A DNA stretch of 20,539 nucleotides, taken from NCBI RefSeq assembly GCF_006345805.1, contig NW_021823989.1, positions 1 through 20,539 on the forward strand. The letters are read 5' to 3'. The notes under the pieces were generated by a model that saw nothing but the letters and a program-made list of their open reading frames with translations, ran no database searches and was not told where the DNA came from. A program made the translations under genes and the position numbers. Shown piece after piece: positions 9,334 through 20,320 of this stretch (within the stretch, counting starts at the first letter, position 1; every line of letters begins with the position of its first letter). Origin of the DNA: Octopus sinensis. Its lineage: Eukaryota.

Positions 9334-9400
9334 TTAACCCTTTTCCTGTCCCAAGCATTTTCATAAGTTTGTCTTAAATGTCCCTGCTTGTTTTTGCCGA
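9334..9400 (+). mobile_element. Second copy of the TTAA-CCCTTT left end
   Basis: 43 of 49 bases match 8475-8523 by manual alignment. Confidence 0.6.
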
Positions 9401-9629
9401 CTGAGAGAAAGAAAGACTCTCACATCTAAAATTATAGAACGCTGTCTGTGTGACAATATACGATCTGACCAAAAATATACTTACTTGTATGCGCAAATTT
9501 TCATTGCCATAGAGGTCTGTTGGTCGTCTGCATTCTAAGCTACGCGCCAAACAGTTTTTATAAGGACAAGAGCTTTTATTCTAGAACAATCGAAAAAACC
9601 ATACCACGCCACAGCGTCACAGCCTCACG

Positions 9630-9662
9630 CTGATTGGTCCATTTATAAACCGATCACGTGAT
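9630..9662. promoter_or_regulatory. CCAAT box and palindromic E-box (possible promoter, or transposon-internal)
   Basis: CTGATTGGTC at 9630-9639 reads GACCAATCAG on the minus strand, an NF-Y consensus. ATCACGTGAT is at 9653-9662, with TTTATAAA between them. Confidence 0.25.
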
Positions 9663-10451
9663 ATTATGGTTGTTCACTCGTGATTTCTGACTGAATATCT
9701 AGCGGCTAGGTTTCGAACCACCGCTACACTACTGAACAGATTCGGCCTCGAGTTGCGTAAACCCTATAGCAAAGATAGGCTAGAGTTATCACATAGAACC
9801 TATGCATGGGCGATACTTTCTTGTGTTGGGATTCACGGTCAAACGGCTGGGTGGAATTGCGCGAAAAATTACACAGATGTGTAGAATGATCCGGTGATGA
9901 CGCTGGGTTTTGTATTTTTTCATAGCTCTCATAGTTACCGAGATAATCTACTATAATAATACTCTTGTGTGTATGAATGAGAAAGGAAGTGGTGATAGAT
10001 GAATAAGGAAGGAAGGGGTGATACCATACTTGGTAGTGGGATGATGAATATTGTACGCTGAAAAAATAAATCAAACAGCGTTTCTACTCTGTGTGAATAT
10101 ATGTGTGTATGTGAAAGCGTGGGTATGTGACTCTGGTTGTGTGCGTGTGTGTGTGTGTGTGTTTGTGTGTGTGTGTGCGCGCAATGGAAGTGGGATGGTT
10201 CATCTTTGATCGCTTAGTATTTGGGGTTATTTTTTGATTTGGTTGAATCTTGGTTGGTTTTTGTTTTTTGTTGGTCAGTTATTTTTAGCGCCTTGACAGA
10301 AAAAATGTCATTCTAAAATTGTTTTTAAACGTAAGCGTGCCCAAACATGTCGAATGCTTACACAGAGCAGGTTTTACAGCTACATCATCCAAACCGACCG
10401 GGTGAAACCGGACTTAGCTGCTAGTGTCTTATATTTTACTGCTAAGAGTCG

Positions 10452-10785
10452 GAGACCCTCTTCAGTCACGAATGACCATGGGATTGCACCTAGAAAGTTA
10501 CCCTCCTAGGCATAATTCCGGGCATGGTTGTTTATGGAACACTAGCAGTCGCCCATGCATACCAGCTTCTCATCTCCACGCCACCAGTGTTATCCAAGGG
10601 AAAGGCAAAGGCCGATACAGCTTGGCACCCGTGACGTCTCGCAACTCATTTCTACATCTGATTAAACAGGAGCAACATGAAATAAAGTGTCATGCTCAAG
10701 AACACAACATGCAGCCCGGTCCGGGATTCGAACTCACAACCTCACGGTCGTAAGATCGATGCTCTAACCACTGAGCCATGCGCCT
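10452..10785 (-). mobile_element. tRNA-derived SINE, family D
   Basis: The minus strand reads GGCGCATGGCTCAGTGGTTAGAGC (A box) ... GAGTTCGAATCCCGG (B box), then GTGTTCTTGAGCATGACACTTTATTTC, shared with the family C copy at 16098, and a distinct 3' half. Confidence 0.9.
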
Positions 10786-11359
10786 TATCTTGTGAGATAA
10801 ATTAAATTTATGTCACAATTTTGAGTGGTACTTTCTTCATCGATCCCTTCAAGGTGAACAAAGAAGACGAACTCGGGCTGTTTTGAACGACGTAAAAACG
10901 AAGTACATAAAAATTTGGCACCCCTTCGTCACATGCCTGAAAGGAGGTAAGAATTTATTCAAATTTCAAGAACGATAAACAGAAGTTGCATAAGAAGAAA
11001 AGAACTACAAAATCCACAATACACTACGATAAAATTACTTTTTGCTTTAATTTAAATAACACTGGAAAAGATTAAAATAATTGGAGAACAAATAAAAACA
11101 AAAACAACGAATGAATTTACCTAACATCGGAATAAGCAGATGCTGATATATTCCGTAGCTCTACCGATTCCGCGAATGCAGCGCCCTCTAGAAAGGATTC
11201 TGTTATGAGTTGATTGAACGTTACGTATCGTGAGGTGTTTAAAAGAGTGTTAAATTAATATAAAGCAATGTCAAGACAAGATCTTTTAACGAAAGCTTTT
11301 CATTTTCTTATCAGATTTATCTGCAGACATGCATTGGCGCATGTGCTTAAGTGTTAACA

Positions 11360-11503
11360 TACACGTGACACAGGGAGACGCGCACATACATAGATAAACT
11401 GACACACACACACTCACACACACTTGCATACGCACAGATGTACGGATATACATTTATTATATATATATATATATATATATAAATAGACATACAAATATAT
11501 ATA

Positions 11504-11581
<78 letters not shown>

Positions 11582-11900
11582 ACTCTATATGCATACATAT
11601 AAGTATATATATACATATGTATGTACGCGTATATATATATATATATATATCGATATATATACATACATATACGTGTATAAATATACACATGTGTGTATAT
11701 ATATATACATACATATACTTATGTATATATACTTTTGTATATATATATTTATTTTTCAATCAGTCTTTGGGAGTGCATGTATGTGTGTATACATTCATAT
11801 GCACATAACATAGAAGGATCGAGAGAAAGAGAGAGAGTTGAAAGAGAGAGATAGAAGGTAGGGAGAGAAAGAGAGAGAGAGGGTGATAGGAATAAGGGAC
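11360..11900. repeat. (CA)/(TA)n/(GA) microsatellite block
   Basis: Directly visible; long (TA)n at about 11460-11575. Confidence 0.95.
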
Positions 11901-12103
11901 AGAAAACCAGAAAGAGAGAAGTAAGGTAGCATAGCTGATGTAACATAAGGGTGTGTATTCTGGCTGGCTGGCTGTTATTTTAGGGTCCCTTAAGAAACCG
12001 AAAAAGAAAAAAAAAACGTTGTAGTCAGTAAACTAGAGATTAAAAATAATTCGATCAAACAATTAACACCGAAGGAAATGGAAATTTAAGGAAAAGAGGA
12101 ATG

Positions 12104-12152
<49 letters not shown>

Positions 12153-12594
12153 GGCAAATAAGAAAATGGAGAGGATACAAAAACGACATACATCAGCCGG
12201 TAGACATTCTAGTATGTCAATTTATTCCAATGAATTAGAATGCATTAGACGTGTACATACACAGGTATTAACTATGTATTACATAGACATGTACTTATAT
12301 TACATAATAACTAGCAGTTGGGTATGAATAATTGGGTACACTACCAGCAGTATTATATTGGATAGGTACTATCCCTTTGTTGGTTGGTTTCCCAACCTCT
12401 AACTCACTCAGAAGAAATATATATACATATATATATCCTCTGTTTCTGAAGAAGAGCTCTGCACGAAACCTTAAACCACCTTTTTCCCTTCCCCGAGCGT
12501 CTGATAATACTTTACATGTACGACGTCCTCGCATTGTTGTTCTTTTGTGCTTATTCTTCGTTTTTTGGGGTGTGGGGAGGGGTGGGGGTGATTT

Positions 12595-12596
12595 AC

Positions 12597-12654
<58 letters not shown>

Positions 12655-12845
12655 CATACATATTTATATATATATATATACATATATATATGGAAATATA
12701 TATATGTATTATATATATATAAATATGTATGTATATATATATATATGTATATATATATATGTGTATATATGCATATATGTATATTCATCTATCTTCTATT
12801 TATATTATATATATATATATATCTATATATATTATATATATAATA
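12595..12845. repeat. Imperfect (TA)n tract
   Basis: Directly visible. Confidence 0.95.
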
Positions 12846-13009
12846 TGTTGCAGAAATCATGCTAAAAGCAAAGCTAAAATTGGCATAAATAGTGAAGAAC
12901 TTCTCTTATGTTAATTCTGAAAAGCGAATTTTATATTGTAAAATTAGAAGAGTAAAATACCTGCCAGAATAGCAGTAATAATAAGATTCCAGGAGTTCCA
13001 ACAAAACTT

Positions 13010-13645
<636 letters not shown>

Positions 13646-14343
13646 TGAATTCTTTTTTTTTATCGGAAAAGCCTTTCGGATATGATGTTAGCACTGGTTT
13701 TCTTTCTATGTAATTCGATTTGATGCGCTGAAAGCGCCACCTTTACTCACTTATAAAAGAGTCATGAGAGACACATATATAATCATACATACATACATTA
13801 TATATATATATATATATAATATATATATATATATATGAGTGATAGGTGACGTTTATATGATGGAGAAAAGCGAGAAGTGCCAAGGCGATAAAAGTTAACA
13901 AAGAAAAAAAAAGAAAAAATCCGTAAAAATCCGTTAATTGTAGAATTAACATTTATTTTCCATGAAAACGTGTTGGCATATTTTGTCATCATTACAAAAT
14001 AAAAAAAAAAAAGAAAAAAGAAAAATAGTTGATCAGAAAAGATAAATTCATTAATTAATCAAATTAATGATAGAAATTTAATTTCAATATTTATACCATT
14101 TATTTCTATCATTGTAATCTAAAGCGTTTGGTAATGTGTTTAGGGTATGTTTCGTGGAAATGTTTTTTTTTTGTAAGTTCTGTCTTTGTCGAATTTCACT
14201 ATTTGTTTATATATCTTATTTTTTAGTTGCCTTTCTTCCTTTTGTTTCTTGAAAGTTCCAAGCAACTGTTCCATTTTATGAAAATGATGTAAAATTAAAT
14301 AAAATTTATTTAATTTCTTTTTTACGTTCTTCATTACATTTGC

Positions 14344-14790
14344 GTAATTTTTATTTTAATTCTATTCTAGTTTATCAAAGTTCAAAATTTCTTCCTGAGG
14401 TCTCCATCAAAGCAAATTCCTTATTTAGATACTAAAAAACTCAGCCAGAAGACAATACTTTAATGGAAGGACTTGCAGCAACGGTTATGTCTTTTCCTTA
14501 TTTTCATGTAATTTTTATTTCAACTCTATTGTAGTTTATCAAACTTGCAATTCTTTTTCCTCCTAAGATTCTCATAAAAGAAAATTTCTTGCCTAGATAC
14601 AAAAAGAGTCAGCTAAAAGACAATGTTTTAATGCAAGGAATTACAGTAACTTTCTCTTCCTTACTTCCACGTAATTTAAAAATTTATTTTATTATTACTA
14701 TTTTTTTTTAGTTCTGAATGCTTTGTTTCAAATTATCAAAATTCCAATTTTTTGTTTCAGCTTCCCAAAAAATAAAATTTCCTTCTTCAG
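14344..14790. repeat. Diverged tandem duplication with a unit of about 164 bp (two full copies plus a degenerate third)
   Basis: Units start GTAATTT at 14344, 14508 and 14671. Shared anchors in copies 1 and 2 are CTATT.TAGTTTATCAAA, TAGATAC.AAAA..CTCAGC/GTCAGC and AGACAAT..TTTAATG.AAGGA. Confidence 0.8.
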
Positions 14791-15316
14791 AATCCGAATC
14801 CACGTTTAATTCTGTTCTTATTTTAGATGCTTAAATAAATTTCTGCAGTGAATAAAATCCATCTTTTTTTCTTTTTCTGTTTCATATTTTTTTTTATTAT
14901 TAACCAGCTTAGTTCTTTTACCCTGAAAACATTATATATCTTCAGAGAGACCACCAACAACATAATAACAACGTAGCCAATATAAGATAAAGTCTCAATA
15001 TTTAGAAGTAAGCCTATAGCCCTAATACTGCAGCTTCTGTCTTACAGAAAAACTTCATGTTATTTGTCATCGTAACCCAATCCTAAGTAAAAGAAACAAA
15101 TATCAACTCTTCCATATACATGCGTCCTTTCTCAGAAAATACAGCAAAGATTTCAGTTCTGAATTATAACTTCATCAATCATGTATTCACTTGAAGAGTA
15201 ATCGATATCGTTTTACATTTGAAAGATTATTCTTTTTTTCAATCCGTTGAATTGTGAAGTCAGCAGAATGTGCCATTCAAAAGAATCTATGGTTCTGAAT
15301 ATAATGCTTGTTTGCC

Positions 15317-15725
15317 TTAGATGTGAATAATCATAGACCAAACTTTACACAATTCATTGTAATAGCAGTAATTTATAGTGGATCGCCAAACTTTCAATCC
15401 TGGTGCATGTGGAATTTCCGCTTTAACAATATATAGAGGATTAATGGCAGGGAAATTTGATGACATTATTGGGGAGACTCGGGGTCTCGACGAAAACGAA
15501 CTGGCAGCTCTGTTCCGAAGGACTTCCCGGTTAGGGACCATCATGGATAATTTCCAGATGTCCTTGTCCGGCAGTGTTAACGAAGAGCGCTTCCAGGTTG
15601 AAATAAAATCTGCAGGCATGGATGTGCTATCAGACGGGCTTGTCCGGGGCGTGTGCAGGGCGACGAAACCGTTTTGTGCGCACTCGTTCAGTGTTCCGGC
15701 ATTGCTGACCTGTCCGATTAAATAA
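15317..15725. CDS. Candidate coding exon of unknown product; both strands are open
   Basis: The + ORF 15378-15725 has a globular-protein-like composition (about 34% G at codon position 1 by manual count) and ends in TAA overlapping AATAAA. The - ORF begins after an acceptor-like TTTTATTTAATCGGACAG| at 15709 and runs 130 codons to a stop at 15317. No recognised homology. Confidence 0.4.
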
Positions 15726-15819
15726 AAGCAGTTGCTGTCACGTGTGGAACGGATCCATCTGTCGGCTGAGTATATAGCGAGGATTGTCTCACAGATTTCC
15801 TTTAATCGAATATACTGTT

Positions 15820-15987
15820 TAGCAGCATTTCGTCCGGCTTTACGTTCTGAGTTCAAATAGCGCCGAGGTTGACCTTGCCTTTCAAACTTTCGAGATCGAT
15901 AAAATAAGTGCTAGTTGAGCACTGGGGTCGATGTAATCAACTTACCCCTTCCCCTGAGCTTGCTCTCCTTGTACCAAGATTTGAAAT
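15820..15987 (+). mobile_element. SINE family A, 5'-degenerate (tail type iii)
   Basis: TTTAGCAGCATTTCGTCC...GAGTTCAAATAGCGCCGAGGTTGACCTTGCCTTTC...GGGGTCGATGTAATCAACTTACCCC...TTGTACCAAGATTTGAAATC, running into (CAT)n. Confidence 0.85.
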
Positions 15988-16003
15988 CATCGTCATCATC
16001 ATT

Positions 16004-16052
<49 letters not shown>

Positions 16053-16093
16053 GTAGTTAGTAGTAGTAGTAGTTGTTGTTGTAGTAGTAACAG
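15988..16093. repeat. (CAT)n(AGT)n compound microsatellite
   Basis: Directly visible. Confidence 0.95.
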
Positions 16094-16097
16094 TGAA

Positions 16098-16418
16098 GGC
16101 GCGTGACTTAGTGGTTAGGGGCATTCGACTCATGATCGTAAGGCCGCGAGTTCAATTCCCGGAGGCGCGTTGTGTCCTTGAGCAAGACACTTTATTTCCC
16201 GTTGCTCCAGTACACTCAGATGGCAAAGATGGGTTGTACCTCTATTTCAAAGGGCCGGCCTTGTCACACACTGTGTCGCGCTGAATCTCCCCGAGAACTA
16301 CGTTATGGGTACACGAGTTTGTGGAGTGCTCAGCCACTCACACGTTCATTTCACGAGCAAGCTGTTCCGTTGATCGTATCAGATGGGACCCTCGTCGTCG
16401 CAACCGACGGAGTGCTCC
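16098..16418 (+). mobile_element. tRNA-derived SINE, family C, full length with a probable target-site duplication
   Basis: A box TGACTTAGTGG, B box AGTTCAATTCC, and GTGTCCTTGAGCAAGACACTT at 16172-16192 (V/CORE-like motif). TAGTAGTAACAG occurs at both 16082-16093 and 16419-16430. Confidence 0.9.
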
Positions 16419-16693
16419 TAGTAGTAACAGCAGTAGAGCAGCGGCGGAAGCAGCAGCAGCAGCCTTCAAAATGGACGACTTTAATTGTTTTCATGTTATC
16501 AAAACCATCTCTTTCGTGTCGTCATTCTTCGTTCATTTTCTCCTCGTTTTTGTCTCAACGCATTCATTTATGTCGTGTATTTCAAATATGGTCGCCATTT
16601 TTTTTCATTTGTTCTTTTTTTCTTAATTTCAAAAAAATAACAAAAATCAATGTTCATGTAGTTCTTTAAAAAGTTTATTCATTAAGCAACTGA

Positions 16694-16695
<2 letters not shown>

Positions 16696-16741
<46 letters not shown>

Positions 16742-16742
16742 A
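16696..16742. repeat. (AAAT)n microsatellite
   Basis: Directly visible. Confidence 0.95.
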
Positions 16743-16969
16743 AATGATTAATTAAAACGAAGACAAGATAGACAAAATAAATACATATGAAAGAAATACG
16801 TCTGGAAATTTCGTTACCTTTTAAATGATTTTGACAATATCGATTAAATATATCAATTCATTTGGCGTCTTGAAATTCACTAGGTCATTCCAAAAATAAA
16901 TACACCAATAAATAAAATTAAAATCATCCACAAACACTCAACTACCTAATACATAACTCTTCACACTTA

Positions 16970-17640
16970 CACACACACACATGCAGATACACATCCATCC
17001 TCTCTCTCACTCACTTACACACACACACTCACACACATACACATACACACACCATCATGCAAGTATATATGCTCTCTCTCTCACACACACACACACAGAC
17101 ACACATGCAAATATATACACAGGCAAACACACATATATGCATATATACATAAATACATATATACATACATACATACATACATACAAAAGCGAGCAAACGT
17201 ATTGATACACACACACACAAACATGCATGTATATATACTCTCTCACACACACATATACATACACACAAACACACGCAGGCAAACATACATATATGCATAT
17301 ATACATACATACAAATCAAGCAAACGCATTGATACACACACACAAACATGCATGCATATATAGTCTCTCTCCCTCACACACACATACACACACACAAACA
17401 CGCATGCAGATACAGACAAAGGCAGACACACATATAATCATGTATCCTTACATATTTATATAAATACATACATATAGTATATACATACATATATGTAATC
17501 ATATATCCATACATATATAAATACATACATACAAAAGCAAGCAGACGCATTGATACACACACACACATACACATACGCACACACATACACATACCGACAC
17601 ACATACTCATACTCACACACATATACGCACACAGACATGT
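16970..17640. repeat. CA/TACA-rich minisatellite with a higher-order unit
   Basis: The anchor CAAA(A/T)(G/C)..AGCA(A/G)ACG(T/C)ATTGATACAC recurs at 17184, 17312 and 17532. Confidence 0.85.
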
Positions 17641-17789
17641 AATTAATCTTTTCAAATGTTCAGTTTTGTCAACCGAATCAAGAAGTGAAAAGTCGATACA
17701 TGAATAAGAAATGATTCATTTAAAGTGAATTTCTCTCGCACGCCCTACTTTCTCGTCCATGCGATCGTCAAATGGGAACATATACTTTG

Positions 17790-18000
17790 TGTGTTTGTGT
17801 GTGTGTGTATTTGTGCGTGTGTGTCTACATATGTACGTATAAGTACGTATAGATAGATTCATGCATACATACATACCTACATGCATACATACATGCATAC
17901 ATACATATATGTATACTTACAAACATACATACATACATACATACACATACATACATACATACATACATACATACATACATACATACATACATACATGTAG
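17790..18000. repeat. (GT)/(TACA)n microsatellite
   Basis: Directly visible. Confidence 0.95.
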
Positions 18001-18096
18001 GTACATAGTGAGAATTTATTAAAAAAAACGAAAGACGAAGACGAGTGTGTAAACAACAAACAGATGTATTAGTTTAACCCTCGGGAAGTGAGAAAG

Positions 18097-18134
18097 TCTT
18101 ATACGTTTCGAGCCTACGCTCTTCGACAGAAAGA
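18097..18134 (-). ncRNA. Minimal type-I hammerhead-ribozyme-like motif (possibly a Penelope-like element relic)
   Basis: The minus strand reads UCUUU-CUGUCGA-A-GAGC-GUAG-GCUC-GAAA-CGUA|UAAGA: a 4-bp stem II, a palindromic ACGU in place of stem III, and stem I of 4 bp plus a U-U mismatch. The core deviates from consensus (A6 is U). Confidence 0.45.
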
Positions 18135-18584
18135 AACACAGAAATAGAAAAGTTCATTAACGGGATTCGGGGTGTAAGGCAAAGGAGAAAAGCAGATGCA
18201 AATATACCACCTGCACTGACCTGTGATGCTCATACTTGAATGACCCGTGATCTCTTTTGAAAATCATTGGCAGGTCTTAAATGTCACATTCAGCATCAGC
18301 ATTATGACTGACAAAGAAAGAGTAGGCTGTCGGATCCTCATACGTTGAAACCGTCGGGAGAGTCCATCATATATATAAAGTTTCTTGTCGAAGATACGTC
18401 TCGTTTTTATCCTTCGAAACGTAGAGTAGATGAAACCATAGCGACTGAAGAAGGGGTTTTTTCTTTGTGTTAATTGTCCTGTACTCCATTTTGTTGTTGT
18501 TTTTAAAAAGATGTCCAGTTCCTTTGGTTTGTGTCTATGTCTTCGTTTCTCTTGTGTTCGACGTCCCTTTGGCGTCCTGTACTC

Positions 18585-18669
18585 ATATATGCGTGTATAT
18601 GTACATGTAGAGGTAGGTACGTACATATATGTTTATATATATGCATATTTTTTATTTCATTTATTAATA

Positions 18670-18721
<52 letters not shown>

Positions 18722-18840
18722 TGCATACTATACATACATAATACACACATACATGCTTACATACATACATATATACGTACATACGTGCATACATACATAC
18801 GGATGTACGTACATATCTACATATCTATATATACACGTAA
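18585..18840. repeat. (TA)n/(TACA) microsatellite
   Basis: Directly visible. Confidence 0.9.
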
Positions 18841-20194
18841 ACGTTTGTGATAGTTTGTACGTTAAATTTAGCAATGACTTAGAAACCGCTGAAAAAAAAA
18901 GATACAATGAATAAAGAGGAAGAAGATACCTAATTATCTTTTAAGTTTATCGTTGTTAGATAAATACACATCCAACTTACGATCACTCAACAATCACCAC
19001 AGTCTTGAAGCTTCACACGCGTAAACCATATGCTTTCAATCCGACATTGTTCGGTCATGTATAATACCAACTACTTAATCTCCTCTATGGTCTAAGGAAG
19101 ACAACCCTACCTGCGTGTATGTTAATCAGGTTATAACCACACTATTCCGTACCTCTTTTGACACTTGTTAGCTGTGGATCTAATAGCTTCTCCATTCACA
19201 GACATCAGGAAGGAATCTCTTTAAATGGTGGCATTTAGACTATATTTCTAATCTCAATTTAAGTGACACTTCTGGCTCTTTTAATATCAAAAATGTTTCA
19301 CTAAAATAGATCCAACATTTTTATGATACTCTAAATGTTCACAATGGCTTTATTGAAGATGTCTCAAGCTAGTAGAAGACGTTTAGGCCCTGTGTTCAAA
19401 CGAATTAGAGTATAACAATGGTGTTTTTACTGTCTCTTGTTCAGAATGAGTATAGATGCTGGTAGTAACTGATGTTGAATGTGTTTGCAGTCAGTCTCAT
19501 GCAATTCCCTTTTATACCCATAAGGGCCGTTACAGATGTTCAGTGTATCGTTGTTTTGGAAAGACAAATGCGGTAAATTAAACAAATAGAGGGTTTCAAG
19601 AGGTAGAAATTGGCTGTCTGATTTCAGTTACAGGGATAGCTAAGTTGTCCATGCTAGAATAGCTGACGTTAATGTTAAAAGGGTTAAAATGCTTGCTCTA
19701 TTTGTGAGTCGATGGATAACATGTTACTAGAATCAGAAAATTTCTAGCTATGCTGGTGGCAGCGTTCAAGTTACATGGTGGATTAAAGCAGATTTATTTA
19801 ATTCCTTTTGATACTACTACGTGTGTCTTATTTGTGTTTATTGACAGAGAAGCATGGTTTGAAATATAGACACACTGAAAAGATACACAGGGGCCCACGG
19901 GTTTGGGTATTCAATGCAGTAGTGCAAGGCTATGTAGTGTGTTATTTAACGAAGAGGTCTATAAGGCTATTAAGGCTAAAGGGAGTTATGATAAACATTG
20001 TGGTGGAGACGGTAGTAGAGAATGAACGAAAATATGGACGTGGGAAGGAGGAATGAGGAAAGAAAATAGGAAGAAAAAGAAGCTGGAAATAGTGAAGGAA
20101 CGAAAAGAAAAAGAGGAAGAAAATAAGAAAGAAATATGAAAGACGAGAAGAAGAACGGGGAAGGGGATGGAAAGAGAGACAAAGGACAAGCGAT

Positions 20195-20320
20195 GAGGAG
20201 AATAATAACAACAACAGCAACAACAATAATAATAACAATAATAATAATAAGAAGAAGAAGAAGAAAAAGAAGAAGAAGAAGAAGAAGAAGAAGAAGAAGA
20301 ACAACAACAACAACAACAAG
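20195..20320. repeat. Compound trinucleotide tract (AAC/AAT)(AAG)(AAC)
   Basis: Directly visible. Confidence 0.95.

Noticed and set aside
9700-9730. Helitron 3' end (hairpin plus CTAG)
   Set aside because: The CTAG overlaps the hairpin and is followed by A rather than the expected T.
11178-11191. CTCF-like motif (CTAGAGGGCGCTGC on the minus strand)
   Set aside because: Only the 3' part of the consensus matches; a single partial hit is not sufficient without ChIP data.
14140-14334. 64-aa Lys-rich minus-strand ORF
   Set aside because: It is explained by A-rich composition; no motifs, and neighbouring frames are full of stops.
16098-16165. tRNA-like sequence (CTCATGA loop) at the head of SINE C, and similar heads at 726 and 10785
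   Set aside because: The acceptor stem is absent and the sequence continues into SINE body; these are SINE heads, not tRNA genes.
16570-16600. AAAATGGCGACC on the minus strand (Kozak/YY1-like start)
   Set aside because: It opens only about 21 codons with no donor, and is isolated.
18385-18425. Second hammerhead-like string TTGTCGAAGATA...TATCCTTCGAAACGTA on the + strand
   Set aside because: C3 is missing, four extra bases precede GAAA, and there is no stem I; probably coincidental.
19600-19687. AAAAGGG-TTAA, a possible right end of a piggyBac-like element
   Set aside because: No matching left terminus was found nearby, so the element cannot be delimited.
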